Part shown: one piece after another, positions 12,313 to 22,229 of the stretch
How the letters are laid out: every line of letters starts with the position of its first letter
Position numbering within the stretch: the stretch's first letter is position 1
Assembly (NCBI GenBank): GCA_048939015.1
Contig: JBHLPW010000022.1
Coordinates: forward strand, 1 to 64,000
DNA from: Promethearchaeota archaeon
Lineage (GTDB): Archaea; Asgardarchaeota; Lokiarchaeia; Sigyniarchaeales; SOKP01
DNA length: 64,000 bases
Reading direction: 5' to 3'
Notes under the pieces: model-generated
The model's database searches: none
Told to the model about the DNA's origin: nothing
What the model saw: the letters and a program-made list of their open reading frames with translations, nothing else
Program-made: the position numbers and the translations under genes

Positions 12313-12624
12313 ATGGTGTTAACGTTAATGAATGATGAAGGAGAAGAAAAAGAAAATTTCATAGAAAAATTAAACAAACAATTTACTGATTTCGTTGGAA
12401 GTGTTTTTGGTGAATCTGGTAAAGATTTTATTGAAGAGACTTCTGAAAAAATAAAAGAATTCAGTTCTGGTGCTATTGAAAAATTTATGGAATTTAGCGA
12501 TGATGTAATTGAAAAACTAAACTTAAATGAAAATGAACAAGTAATTAAAGCTCGAGATAGTGTTGAGGATTTATTAAAACAAGCAGGACTCTTAAAAGAA
12601 AGTGATGAAGAAGAAGAGTTTTAA
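12313..12624 (+). CDS. acidic helical hypothetical protein
   Basis: ORF with genome-typical codon usage; likely start at ATG 12328 behind GGTG. Confidence 0.7.
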   Translation: MVLTLMNDEGEEKENFIEKLNKQFTDFVGSVFGESGKDFIEETSEKIKEFSSGAIEKFMEFSDDVIEKLNLNENEQVIKARDSVEDLLKQAGLLKESDEEEEF

Positions 12625-12702
12625 TTAAAAATATATCATCTATAATTAATCTATTATTTATTTCTTTATTTTAATAATAAAAACAAGTTATAAAAAATAA
12701 AA

Positions 12703-12945
12703 TTAAAGAACTTTAGCATTTTTTAGGAAAGATTTTATCTCTTCCTGAGTCGCGTTAAATAATTCCGATATTACCATTAAAGATGTGGATTCATCCATAC
12801 CTAAACCTGTATAATCTTGATACAATTTTATCCAGGTTTCTTTTTGTGTATATTTGTCTGGGTGTTCTGCTTGGATGTGTGCCCAATAAGGGTGTTCCAA
12901 CTCAATACCGCAATATGGACAGAAACGAGATTCTTCTTCACTCAT
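12703..12945 (-). CDS. small C2H2-type zinc-finger protein
   Basis: CPYC...HIQAEH followed by a short helical domain. Confidence 0.75.
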   Translation of the reverse strand: MSEEESRFCPYCGIELEHPYWAHIQAEHPDKYTQKETWIKLYQDYTGLGMDESTSLMVISELFNATQEEIKSFLKNAKVL

Positions 12946-13072
12946 AAGTAATCCCTTGACTTTATAATAATTTCATTTTTTTCTGAATAATTCTAATAAA
13001 CCAATATTAGTATAAAAAACTTATAATTTCAAAATGTTTAAAATTTCGGATTTAGAGATTTTTTTAAAAAAC

Positions 13073-13600
13073 TTATCCCCATTTCCTTTCTAGATCTTCT
13101 TGATTTAATTTTCTTATTTTATCTACAGCCCATACAACAAATTTATAGCATGTCTTGCCCCAAATATTATTTTCTTTGTAATTTAAAAATCCTTCTTCTG
13201 TACTAAAATCATAACCACATAATTCTTTACAAATTACTGTACCAAATTGATTTTCAAATTCAGAGGCATATTTTGCGGCTTTTAAATAAGCCATTATCAT
13301 AGTTTCATCATCCATTATCTGTTTCCCTCCCATAATTACCCCTATCGCAGCACATCCTCCTGCTACTGCACCACAAGCCCCCATCCACCCTTTCTTAGAT
13401 TTATATCCTCCAAAACCCCCTGCTATAGGTTTAGCAAGATTATGAAAAAGGTAATTATCAACACCAAGTACTTCTAAGATACTTGTTAAAGTTAATTCTG
13501 CACAATTTACACCCTCTTTTAACGTTGGTAATAAATTATTTAGTTCTTTAAGTTTTTCATCAAATCGAATATCTATATCTTGCATTTTTTTTTCACTCAT
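13073..13600 (-). CDS. C-GCAxxG-C-C family putative redox-active protein
   Basis: NCAE, GGFGG, GACGAVAG, ICKEL and TCYK cysteine pattern. Confidence 0.88.
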   Translation of the reverse strand: MSEKKMQDIDIRFDEKLKELNNLLPTLKEGVNCAELTLTSILEVLGVDNYLFHNLAKPIAGGFGGYKSKKGWMGACGAVAGGCAAIGVIMGGKQIMDDETMIMAYLKAAKYASEFENQFGTVICKELCGYDFSTEEGFLNYKENNIWGKTCYKFVVWAVDKIRKLNQEDLERKWG

Positions 13601-13714
13601 TCTTTTAAATAGTATTTAAGTATATAGTTTAAAATTAAATATGAAAACAAATATTAAATTCTTAACAAAGATATTTAGTTGCACTATTAAAAATCATAAC
13701 TCTCTGGTCTTAAA

Positions 13715-14161
13715 TTGAAGGAACTCTACGAAATTGGCTTTGTATTCCGGGGATTCGTACTAGTTAGTCATATTTTTAAAGGATTACCTGTTCAGAAAGA
13801 AGGAGGCGTAAATAAAGATTTAAGAGGTGCATTCATTTCTGCAATTAACACATTTGTACACACCGCCTTTAATAAAAGTTCATTAGAATATTTAGAATCA
13901 GGGAATATCTTATTTATCTTCAAATTAGCTGAAGTTCAATCAATAGATAATAAGTATAAAGAACCAATAATATTATATGGATTAGTTGATAAGAGTAAAA
14001 AAAAATCTGATAAATTGGTAAGAAAATTTTTTGAAAAAGTTGATCCTATACTTCAAATGTTTATTCAAAAATATAATGGAGTAGATTTCACTGAATTAAA
14101 TCAATTTGAGTATTTTATTGAAACTATATCAGATTTCTTTATAAAAAAGCCTCAAGCTTAA
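13715..14161 (+). CDS. longin-like (profilin-like fold) domain protein
   Basis: beta-beta-alpha-beta pattern EIGFVFRGFVLVSH / DLRGAFISAINTFVHTAF / SLEYLESGNILFIFK / ILYGLVD, typical of Asgard longin-like proteins. Confidence 0.6.
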   Translation: MKELYEIGFVFRGFVLVSHIFKGLPVQKEGGVNKDLRGAFISAINTFVHTAFNKSSLEYLESGNILFIFKLAEVQSIDNKYKEPIILYGLVDKSKKKSDKLVRKFFEKVDPILQMFIQKYNGVDFTELNQFEYFIETISDFFIKKPQA

Positions 14162-14162
14162 T

Positions 14163-15833
14163 TTATTCTACTAAACTCCAACCCTTAGGCTTAGAACGAG
14201 AATATTGAATTTTCCCTTGATCTTTTAATAAAGCAATTTCTTTTTCAATTTGAATATTAGAGAATCCCATTTCTTTAATATCATTAACGAATTGAGCTTT
14301 AGTTTCAACAGTTTTTTTATTTCTTAGATACCCGATAATAGTTTCTTCTAATGATCCTTTAACGCTAACAGATTCTTTAGAGATTGGTTTTTGGGTCTCA
14401 ATTTCAAGTGCTGCTCGTAATTTTTCCTTTTTTGGCTCAACTGATTTTTCAATGACCAATGGTTGTACTTTAGGTTTTGGTTGTTCCTTTACAACTACTT
14501 CAGCTTTAACTTCTTCAGGAATTTCTTTATGTAATTCTTCTTCAGGTAAACTCCAAATCGGGTATGAAACCTTCTCATAGACAACTGACTTTTGTGTTTT
14601 AAGAAGTGTAAATTCCTCTAATATTTCATCTTCAGAAAATCCTAGTTCTAATAAATCTTTCATTAAGTCTTTTAGATTTCCTTTTTCTTGTAAAATGTTA
14701 AAGATTTGTCCTCTCATATTTGTTGGAATATCTTCTATTTCAGCTATCTGATTTATTAAGTCATCCTTTCTGGCTACTTGTTTTTCTGGTATTTGAATCT
14801 TTTGAGGAATATCAAGTGTTTCTTTTTGGCCCCATTCAAAATCAGTTACGTTTCTAATTCTTCGATCATATCCTCCAAATATAATTTGATTTAGTTTTTG
14901 CCCATTTCCTGAAATACAGCATACTTTTTTAATAGATGATGCTACCTTAGTTTTCCATTTTAAGTCAAATTCCTGAGAATTTAATGCTTGATTATGGAAG
15001 ACTTTTAATGAACCATCAGCACACCCTGCTACAATTTCTTTTGCCATATCGCCATCTATATCTTCAATTAATAACGATACTGGACGACCTTCATCAATTT
15101 CAATTTCTTTAATAATTTCTCCATTACTATTTAGAATCTTAATGAATGAGTCATCAGTGGCTAATATTATCTCATTAAATCCATCATTAGTGACATCTCC
15201 GATTTTGATATCATTAATTTGAGTATTGAAATTGCTTTGCCAGGTGATATCTGGCATACCATCCTTAAATTGAATAAGTTGAAGAGTTCCATTTTTTGTT
15301 CCAATTAATAACACAAAAACAGGTACCTTTTCATCTGGGAACTTTAGGAATCCTAATGTACAAGAAATAACCCAGGAATCATAATAGAACACATATTTTG
15401 GCTCTTTTGCTTTGATGTCATCGAATATTCTAACTGTTTTGTCTTCACTCCCGAAAATTATTTCAATATTTCCATCTTGAGTAAAATCTCCCGCGATACA
15501 ACAATTTATCCTCTTAGAGGATTTGTATCGCATTAATCCTGCCAATTTCTTCTTTTCTACATTTAATTTCATAACCATAAAATTTCCATCACCAGCACCT
15601 ACTAATATCTCATCACATCCATCTCCATCTAGATCAACGGGAAATGTGCAACGACACCATCCATCGAAAGCTCGATCATCAAGAATATTATTTTCACTAT
15701 CCATCAGGTAAAGAGTCTTATCATGTCCACCAAAAATAAGAAATTTTTCACTTCTACAGTTTAATATTGAGCAAGTTAATACAGCGTCTGGACACTCAAA
15801 CATCCAATTTAACTGATAACGTTTTCTTAACAT
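14163..15833 (-). CDS. cytoplasmic FG-GAP/WD-like beta-propeller protein (BBS2/ITFG2-like) with C-terminal winged helix
   Basis: Repeats DLDGDGCDEILVG, GDFTQDGNIEIIFGSED, GDVTNDGFNEIIL, DIDGDMAKEIVAG; GGHD/GGYD blade ends; no signal peptide; C-terminal wHTH-like segment ...LLKDQGKIQYSRSKPKGWSL. Confidence 0.75.
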   Translation of the reverse strand: MLRKRYQLNWMFECPDAVLTCSILNCRSEKFLIFGGHDKTLYLMDSENNILDDRAFDGWCRCTFPVDLDGDGCDEILVGAGDGNFMVMKLNVEKKKLAGLMRYKSSKRINCCIAGDFTQDGNIEIIFGSEDKTVRIFDDIKAKEPKYVFYYDSWVISCTLGFLKFPDEKVPVFVLLIGTKNGTLQLIQFKDGMPDITWQSNFNTQINDIKIGDVTNDGFNEIILATDDSFIKILNSNGEIIKEIEIDEGRPVSLLIEDIDGDMAKEIVAGCADGSLKVFHNQALNSQEFDLKWKTKVASSIKKVCCISGNGQKLNQIIFGGYDRRIRNVTDFEWGQKETLDIPQKIQIPEKQVARKDDLINQIAEIEDIPTNMRGQIFNILQEKGNLKDLMKDLLELGFSEDEILEEFTLLKTQKSVVYEKVSYPIWSLPEEELHKEIPEEVKAEVVVKEQPKPKVQPLVIEKSVEPKKEKLRAALEIETQKPISKESVSVKGSLEETIIGYLRNKKTVETKAQFVNDIKEMGFSNIQIEKEIALLKDQGKIQYSRSKPKGWSLVE

Positions 15834-15979
15834 CGTTCTTCAAAGCTATTTATGGTTATAGAAATTATTAGTAATTAAATTAAATTTCATTCTTTATTCA
15901 TTTAATACTTATCCCTAAGTTTATTAAACTATTAGTGTAAATAGAAAAAAATAAAAAAATAAAATATGCTAAATTTATA

Positions 15980-18151
15980 TTAAAGTGCTAATTGGGCATC
16001 ACTTGGGCTATATTTTCCTTTACCGTTTATCTCATATGTGATTTCTAAACTGTCTCCTACTTCTAAAAGGTCAATATCCCATTTTAACGTATCCTGACCT
16101 ACTTCATCAGTGATTTCTGGAGTCATAGAATAGGATCCGTACTCAAATGAATCTGGAACCTTATCTAACATCACTAATTTTCTTAATGGGGATTCACCTA
16201 TGTTTTCTAAAGTTAATATAATCTTGTAGTTTCCTAGGTCTCCAATTGGTACAACTTCCTTTCCAATTCTGAATTTCCTTCTGATGTGCATAGCCTCAAT
16301 TACAGGAACTTCTGGCTTGAATTCTAATTCTTGACTTATTGGAAAAGTATTAGCGAGATATGTGATGTCAGATTCAAAAGTGGATTGTCGAGCAGGGTTT
16401 GTACAATGAATAGGATATTCAAATTCCATTGTAGATTCTGGCATAAACATACCAGTACTGCTGTCTTTTAAATCCCTAAGATCTATTTTGAATTCATTAT
16501 TCTCTACACTAACTGCTGCTGTAGCTACTTCTACTTCTTCTCCATCCCAAGTTAATTTTATCTCATCAGCTTTAGGTGGTTGATATTCATCTGAGAAAGT
16601 TTGGTGAATAACGGTTACTTCATTAAGAGGAGCTGAACCATTATTAACAACCTTCAAAGTTGCAATAACATCTTTAGCTCGATATGTTGGAACTTCAGTT
16701 ATATCATAAGACATTACACCAGTTATACTACCAATCTCTAAGATTACATCCTCAAGAGCAGCGGTTCCATTTACAATTGTTTGAAAATCGGGCATTACTC
16801 TAAATTCTAATTTCTTCCTAAAGGTAGGGTATTCCTCACTTTCATATTCCCACTTTGTTGAATGCCACTGCGCACCGCTTGGAAGTAAGGGAACATCGTT
16901 TGGATCAATATCGACAAACTTTTTTGATTCATCTTCAGGAGCATATACATCGGCATTAAAAAGTTGTATAATAAACTCCGAAGAGTTATCAAAGACAAGT
17001 TTACAATCGAATATCCCAGGTTCTTCATCTCTTTCAACTGTATCAACGTAAAACTTGTTTCTAGTATAAGCATCAAATTTTTCAATATCAAGTCCCTCAG
17101 CAAAGGATGAATGACTCTCGTATGTGATCTCTACAGTACCTGTTCGTCTTTTAGTGATATCAGAAACCATTATATTACATGTAAATTTCATCATCACTGT
17201 ATATTCTGGAGCTAATTTATCAATTGTCCAGATTATTTGATTACCTTCAATATTAGCTCTTCCTTCAGTAGTGGTCGAAATCACTGGATTAGTAAAATCA
17301 CTTGGAATATTTTTTACTACTTTTATATTGGATACGGGTTTATCAAACATACTTCTGAGTGCAACCGCAAAATGAACAACATTTTCTTTATCAATCGATA
17401 TCCCATAGGACTCTAAACTAGATTCAACAAGTGTACCTCCATCACTCCAAGTTTCACCTGATATTTCCTCTTCTTCCTCCTCTTCTTCTTCCTCTTCTTC
17501 TATTTCTGGTTCATTATTAGAAGGCTTAGAAGGTTTAGAAGGTTTACCAGAAACCGCACTTTTTTTATCCTTTAGCTTTATTATGTCTTTCTCGATATCA
17601 TTAATGTTTAAAACATCATCAGCATTTGGATTTGTATTAATGTATTCTTTAACCAGAAGTAAATTTTTTATATCCTTTGTTATTTTAAAATTTCTTGAAT
17701 CAACATTATCAGGTTCTTCAGTACCTAATTCTTGAATTGAAATGTCTTTTGTTTTTAAATCTGTACTTCCAATATTTTCTAGTGAAACATCGATATCCCA
17801 TAATCTATCAACAGTACTAGGATTTTCAATATTGAATTTACCACTATGAGCAAAAGATGTTACACGCCCATTATGATCTTGCTCCACGTCTACAGATTCA
17901 ATTATTTTAACTAAAGCTAGTAATCCTTCTCTATTACCATTTTTTAATACGATGCTTCCTTCGAGTTTCCCCGTGTCTTCATCATAGGTTTCAATAACAG
18001 GAGTAGATGTATCTCGATCCATTAATTCGACACGACCTGTATCCATATCCTTTCTTTTCAGTGCCTCAGCGACAATCTCTTCTTCAGCTTCTTCTTTACC
18101 CCAGCCCATGCGTGATGTCGTTTCTTTCTTTTTCTTATCTTTTTTACCCAT
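15980..18151 (-). CDS. cytoplasmic multi-beta-sandwich protein with an AP mu-homology-like domain plus three Ig-like (DUF11/appendage-like) domains
   Basis: aa ~79-365 collinear with AP mu C-terminal domain blocks (see findings); polybasic N-terminus, no signal peptide or TM; KPS x3 and poly-E insert. Confidence 0.65.
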   Translation of the reverse strand: MGKKDKKKKETTSRMGWGKEEAEEEIVAEALKRKDMDTGRVELMDRDTSTPVIETYDEDTGKLEGSIVLKNGNREGLLALVKIIESVDVEQDHNGRVTSFAHSGKFNIENPSTVDRLWDIDVSLENIGSTDLKTKDISIQELGTEEPDNVDSRNFKITKDIKNLLLVKEYINTNPNADDVLNINDIEKDIIKLKDKKSAVSGKPSKPSKPSNNEPEIEEEEEEEEEEEEISGETWSDGGTLVESSLESYGISIDKENVVHFAVALRSMFDKPVSNIKVVKNIPSDFTNPVISTTTEGRANIEGNQIIWTIDKLAPEYTVMMKFTCNIMVSDITKRRTGTVEITYESHSSFAEGLDIEKFDAYTRNKFYVDTVERDEEPGIFDCKLVFDNSSEFIIQLFNADVYAPEDESKKFVDIDPNDVPLLPSGAQWHSTKWEYESEEYPTFRKKLEFRVMPDFQTIVNGTAALEDVILEIGSITGVMSYDITEVPTYRAKDVIATLKVVNNGSAPLNEVTVIHQTFSDEYQPPKADEIKLTWDGEEVEVATAAVSVENNEFKIDLRDLKDSSTGMFMPESTMEFEYPIHCTNPARQSTFESDITYLANTFPISQELEFKPEVPVIEAMHIRRKFRIGKEVVPIGDLGNYKIILTLENIGESPLRKLVMLDKVPDSFEYGSYSMTPEITDEVGQDTLKWDIDLLEVGDSLEITYEINGKGKYSPSDAQLAL

Positions 18152-18334
18152 TGTTTCTTACCAAGAATTTGTTTGTAAAAAATTGAAATCTATTTACCAA
18201 TTAATAAAAATTAATTGATATAATAATTTCAACGCCAAACATTTAAAAAATTTATCAATATAAAATAAGGGATTTGTGTGTGTAAATGTTTTAGAGATAG
18301 TCTCAAAATTATCAAATTTGTTATCAATTTCTTT

Positions 18335-18466
18335 CTAATAATGAGGTTCAAATCTAGGAAATTGAAATTCAAACCCACACATTGGACATACAATTTTTTC
18401 TTTCCTCTGCGTTATTTTTATATCAAAACTAAAACCACACCTGGGACAAATTATTACTTGTGTCAT
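18335..18466 (-). CDS. 43-aa CPxCG zinc-ribbon protein (not in ORF track)
   Basis: MTQVIICPRCGFSFDIKITQRKEKIVCPMCGFEFQFPRFEPHY*; co-oriented just downstream of glycerate kinase. Confidence 0.8.
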   Translation of the reverse strand: MTQVIICPRCGFSFDIKITQRKEKIVCPMCGFEFQFPRFEPHY

Positions 18467-18495
18467 CTTTCTACCATTAGTACTTTAGAATTGAA

Positions 18496-19923
18496 TTAAT
18501 TTGAAATTAAGATAATAATCAAATCATTTACATTGCATCCCGTTGGACCTGTGATTAATTCAACACTTAATTCCTTGAAAACTTTATTTGAATCATTGAC
18601 TTCAAGAAATTTCTTACAGTCAATCTTTTTTGAAATCGTTTGTTTTATTACATAGTTATCAACTAAAGCGCCCATCGCTTTACTATTACCTTCTATTCCA
18701 TCAAGATTTGCGCCAATTATTAAAAAATCATAATTAGTTTTCAAATCTTTTACTGTATCTATGAAAGCTAATAGCATTTCTTGATTTCTACCACCAATGC
18801 CCTTACCTTTAATTGTAACTGTTAGTTCACCTGTACCGATTAATCCTAATTTATCAATCTTTTTTTGTTTTAAGTGGCTTTCCACATATTGTGAAATAAT
18901 TTTATTAAGTGATCTACCAAATTCTCTTGCTTCACCAACAATATTGTTTGAAAAATATAGTATTTTAAAACCTCTTTCTTTAAGAAAAGAGTTAGCTTCT
19001 TGAACTGCTGAAGCTACGCTTCCAATTAAATAATTATAAACTTTAGAAAAACAAATATCATCAAGTTTTGGATTTTCTAAGTTCTTATCTAATTTTCCCA
19101 TTTTAAGTAATTCTATTACTGATTTTGGCATTTGTTTTTCTAAATCGTATTTCTCGATAATTTCAAGCGCATCCTTGAATGTAGTTTCATCAGGTACAGT
19201 CGGCCCAGAAGCAATTGAATCCAGATTATCTCCAACTACATCAGATATAATTAAAGAGATTAATGTAGCTCCACTTGAATTATATATTTTCTTCGCAAGA
19301 TTGCCACCTTTAAAGTCTGATAAATGCTTTCTTATTGTATTAATTTCATGAATTGAAGCTCCAGAGGATAAGAGTAATGAATTAACTTTTTGTAAATCTT
19401 TTAGTGTGATAGTACGTTTTGGTAATGGAAGTAAAGCTGAGCCTCCTCCTGAGATCAAACAGAAAATAAGATCATTTTCAGTTGATCTTTCAATTAATTC
19501 CATCATGGCTTTTGTTCCTTCTAAACCTTGTTCATCTGGTATAGGATGAGACGCAAAGTTGATGATAATCTTACTATTTTCAAAAGATTTGAATTCACTA
19601 GCATTTTTTGGAATATTAATTATCCCTTCATAGTCAATATCTTGGTACGCTACTAGATTTTTTTCAAGTGAGAATGTCATCTCTGCAGTTGCTTTACCTC
19701 CACCAATAATATAAATTTTTTTATATTTTGTCAAGTCAAACTCATCATCTTTGAGAATTAATTTAGTTTTTCGCAATTTTAAAATGCGTTCCATCATAAT
19801 CTGGGGCTTTACTGCATAAATAGAATTATCTAGTGCTTGCAGTGCAGTTTTTCTTAAAGATTTTTGATTCTTACTTAAATTATCAGGAAACAGTTGAGAA
19901 ATATTCTTGATGTGCAAAACCAA
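18496..19923 (-). CDS. gck: glycerate 2-kinase (MOFRL family)
   Basis: IGGGKA, ASHPIPD, LISGGGSAL, INTIRKHLS, SDVVGD..IASGPT, GGRNQE, TGPTGCNVND. Confidence 0.92.
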   Translation of the reverse strand: MVLHIKNISQLFPDNLSKNQKSLRKTALQALDNSIYAVKPQIMMERILKLRKTKLILKDDEFDLTKYKKIYIIGGGKATAEMTFSLEKNLVAYQDIDYEGIINIPKNASEFKSFENSKIIINFASHPIPDEQGLEGTKAMMELIERSTENDLIFCLISGGGSALLPLPKRTITLKDLQKVNSLLLSSGASIHEINTIRKHLSDFKGGNLAKKIYNSSGATLISLIISDVVGDNLDSIASGPTVPDETTFKDALEIIEKYDLEKQMPKSVIELLKMGKLDKNLENPKLDDICFSKVYNYLIGSVASAVQEANSFLKERGFKILYFSNNIVGEAREFGRSLNKIISQYVESHLKQKKIDKLGLIGTGELTVTIKGKGIGGRNQEMLLAFIDTVKDLKTNYDFLIIGANLDGIEGNSKAMGALVDNYVIKQTISKKIDCKKFLEVNDSNKVFKELSVELITGPTGCNVNDLIIILISN

Positions 19924-19963
19924 AACTCCCTTATTGATAATTTAGCAATGTAATTACTATTGC

Positions 19964-22015
19964 CTAACGATTTATATATTTTATTTTAAAGGACTGCAGT
20001 TCTCCATCTTTAACAATTATTTCTCTATATCCTCCAGCAGTATCAGGGTTCCTATAACTTCCTAAACCTAATGCGGGAGTCTGGACTACAAAGGGACCAT
20101 TTAATTTTATACTTTTTGCAGTGTCGTGTAGTTCAGAATAATTATCATAATAAATTGCTGCAGGATTTTCAATTCTTTTTAATCTGAACGGAGGAGCATC
20201 ATATACACTAGTTTTTATTTCAGCATTTTCTAATCTGAATTCTTTTGAATCATGAGTATGACCTGCTAGAGTTAGAATACAATAATCTTTACAGAATTTA
20301 ACTAGTTTTTCCCAATTTGTTGATATTGAACCATATTTCATATTAAATACTCCATCAATACGAGCTGCTGAAATTTGTTTTCCCATTTTTTTAATTAATG
20401 ATTCTTTAAACTCACTTAACTTCTTAGTTATAAATCTACTTCCTTTTTTTTCAAAAATATTAATCTTATATCTTTTACCCCCCGTATTTAACGGAGGCCC
20501 ATGTAGAAAGAGAAATGTATTAGTATTGTTTGTTATTACATTATTAATTAGATTTTCTAAATATTTTATTTGTTTGAAAGATATTCCTGTAACTGATGGA
20601 TGGCCTGTGATTAAATCTCTTAAATTTTTAAAAGAATCAGAACCAGTATTTAAGATAATAAATAAACTATTACCAAGCTTAATAGAGAAATCAAAGGAAG
20701 CATTTATTTCAGATAAATATCCTTTTAGAGCTAAGGTAGTTTTTGTCAAAGCGGTAATAGGGGATGCAGAAAACAACTCATTTAAGGCAATTGCTTCAGA
20801 AGCATTTAATCCAATCTTTTTGTACATTTCTGCCCATGTAAGATCATAATGAAAAGGTCGATAATCATGGTTTCCCAAAGTTGTGAAGATTGGGCAATTC
20901 AATTCTTCTCCCCTGAGAACTCCTTTATATTTCTTCTCAGAAGGGATACTTAAAACTATATTTTTAAAAGTTAGCCAATTACTCTCTTCATAATTAAATT
21001 CGTTCAATTTGCGAATTTTTTTAGAGAGTCTACTCAAAACTGTATAATCAACAATGTCTCCTGTAATTACGATGAAATCTAATTCATTGTCCAGAACTTT
21101 CTGATTCATCAACTTTATAAATCGTCTAAATTGATTATTCGGATTAATTAAACGTTTTCTCAAAGGAATTTTAATTTCTGAGAACTTCTCTTCCTCTTCT
21201 TTCTTTTTCTTTGAGATTTTCAATTTTTTTTTCATAATGTCAAAGAAATCTTCTACATTCTCTTTTACTGAGGATTGTGTCCATTTTTTGACAATACCAT
21301 AAATTCTATCATTTCTTTCAGCCAAATGCAGATCAGTGGCATGTACGAATGTAAAGTTCTCCCATTTTTGTTTTGAAATTACGAGTGAATGATAATTTAT
21401 TTGATTATTCATGCTTTGAATGTCAAACATAATGAAATTTCGTTCCTTAAGGAATTTCAGTACTTCCTTATTCAGAGTAAACTCAATTGTCACTTTATAA
21501 AATTGACTTAAATCTCCAAATACATTATTTTTTATTAGAAAGTCATTTGGATTCAGATTATCTACGGTAGTAATATTTTGAAGTGGAGTCATGAAAACTT
21601 CTTCAATATTTTTAATTTTTGGAAGAATAGGAGTTCCTCGATGTAATCTTGATTTCAGCTTTTTTAGCTGTTCTAAACTTAAATCTAATTCCGTCCCTAT
21701 GTCTAAAATTTCTTTAATTTTTTTTTTTTTCTTTTTTATTGCTCTTTTTTCTCTCCATTTTGAGAACAATCCTTTTGGTTTTTTTACGAAAATTAGTTTA
21801 TAGGACCATTTGTAATCATATAATGGTATTAATGATATTTTTTTTTGAATAGATTTAGAAAAGGTTTCCAGATCATTATTATCAGTAATAAATAATAAAG
21901 TAGTTTGCAAATCTTTGTCTTTTAGTTTACTACTAATTTTTAAAATTGATGGATATCCTAAGTTCGGGCTTACCAATCTTGAGTTTTCGGATTTTTCTTC
22001 TTCAATAACAGTCAA
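19964..22015 (-). CDS. calcineurin-like metallophosphoesterase with large N-terminal extension
   Basis: TDLH, TGDIVD, GNHD, FLHGP and AGHTH motifs. Confidence 0.85.
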   Translation of the reverse strand: MTVIEEEKSENSRLVSPNLGYPSILKISSKLKDKDLQTTLLFITDNNDLETFSKSIQKKISLIPLYDYKWSYKLIFVKKPKGLFSKWREKRAIKKKKKKIKEILDIGTELDLSLEQLKKLKSRLHRGTPILPKIKNIEEVFMTPLQNITTVDNLNPNDFLIKNNVFGDLSQFYKVTIEFTLNKEVLKFLKERNFIMFDIQSMNNQINYHSLVISKQKWENFTFVHATDLHLAERNDRIYGIVKKWTQSSVKENVEDFFDIMKKKLKISKKKKEEEEKFSEIKIPLRKRLINPNNQFRRFIKLMNQKVLDNELDFIVITGDIVDYTVLSRLSKKIRKLNEFNYEESNWLTFKNIVLSIPSEKKYKGVLRGEELNCPIFTTLGNHDYRPFHYDLTWAEMYKKIGLNASEAIALNELFSASPITALTKTTLALKGYLSEINASFDFSIKLGNSLFIILNTGSDSFKNLRDLITGHPSVTGISFKQIKYLENLINNVITNNTNTFLFLHGPPLNTGGKRYKINIFEKKGSRFITKKLSEFKESLIKKMGKQISAARIDGVFNMKYGSISTNWEKLVKFCKDYCILTLAGHTHDSKEFRLENAEIKTSVYDAPPFRLKRIENPAAIYYDNYSELHDTAKSIKLNGPFVVQTPALGLGSYRNPDTAGGYREIIVKDGELQSFKIKYINR

Positions 22016-22229
22016 TATTCATTGATCTCCAATATTAAAGTGAGAGGATGTAATAATTTCAAAAATCTTACCTAATTTTTATTATTTAATTTCGCATTTA
22101 AAATGTAATTTATTTTCTAATTTTCAATAGAGAATGAATATATTCAAATATTTCTAAAATATTTTGAAATTATTTATCTATCTTCAAATATTTTTTATTT
22201 GTCGATCGATTCTGAACAACTGAGGTTAT

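Noticed and set aside
17460-17547. GAA/GAG run and 9-bp x3 repeat
   Set aside because: Coding low-complexity sequence (poly-Glu, KPS x3); not a CRISPR or mobile repeat
18278-18499. 73-aa + strand ORF
   Set aside because: The opposite strand encodes a convincing double-CPxCG zinc ribbon (18335..18466)
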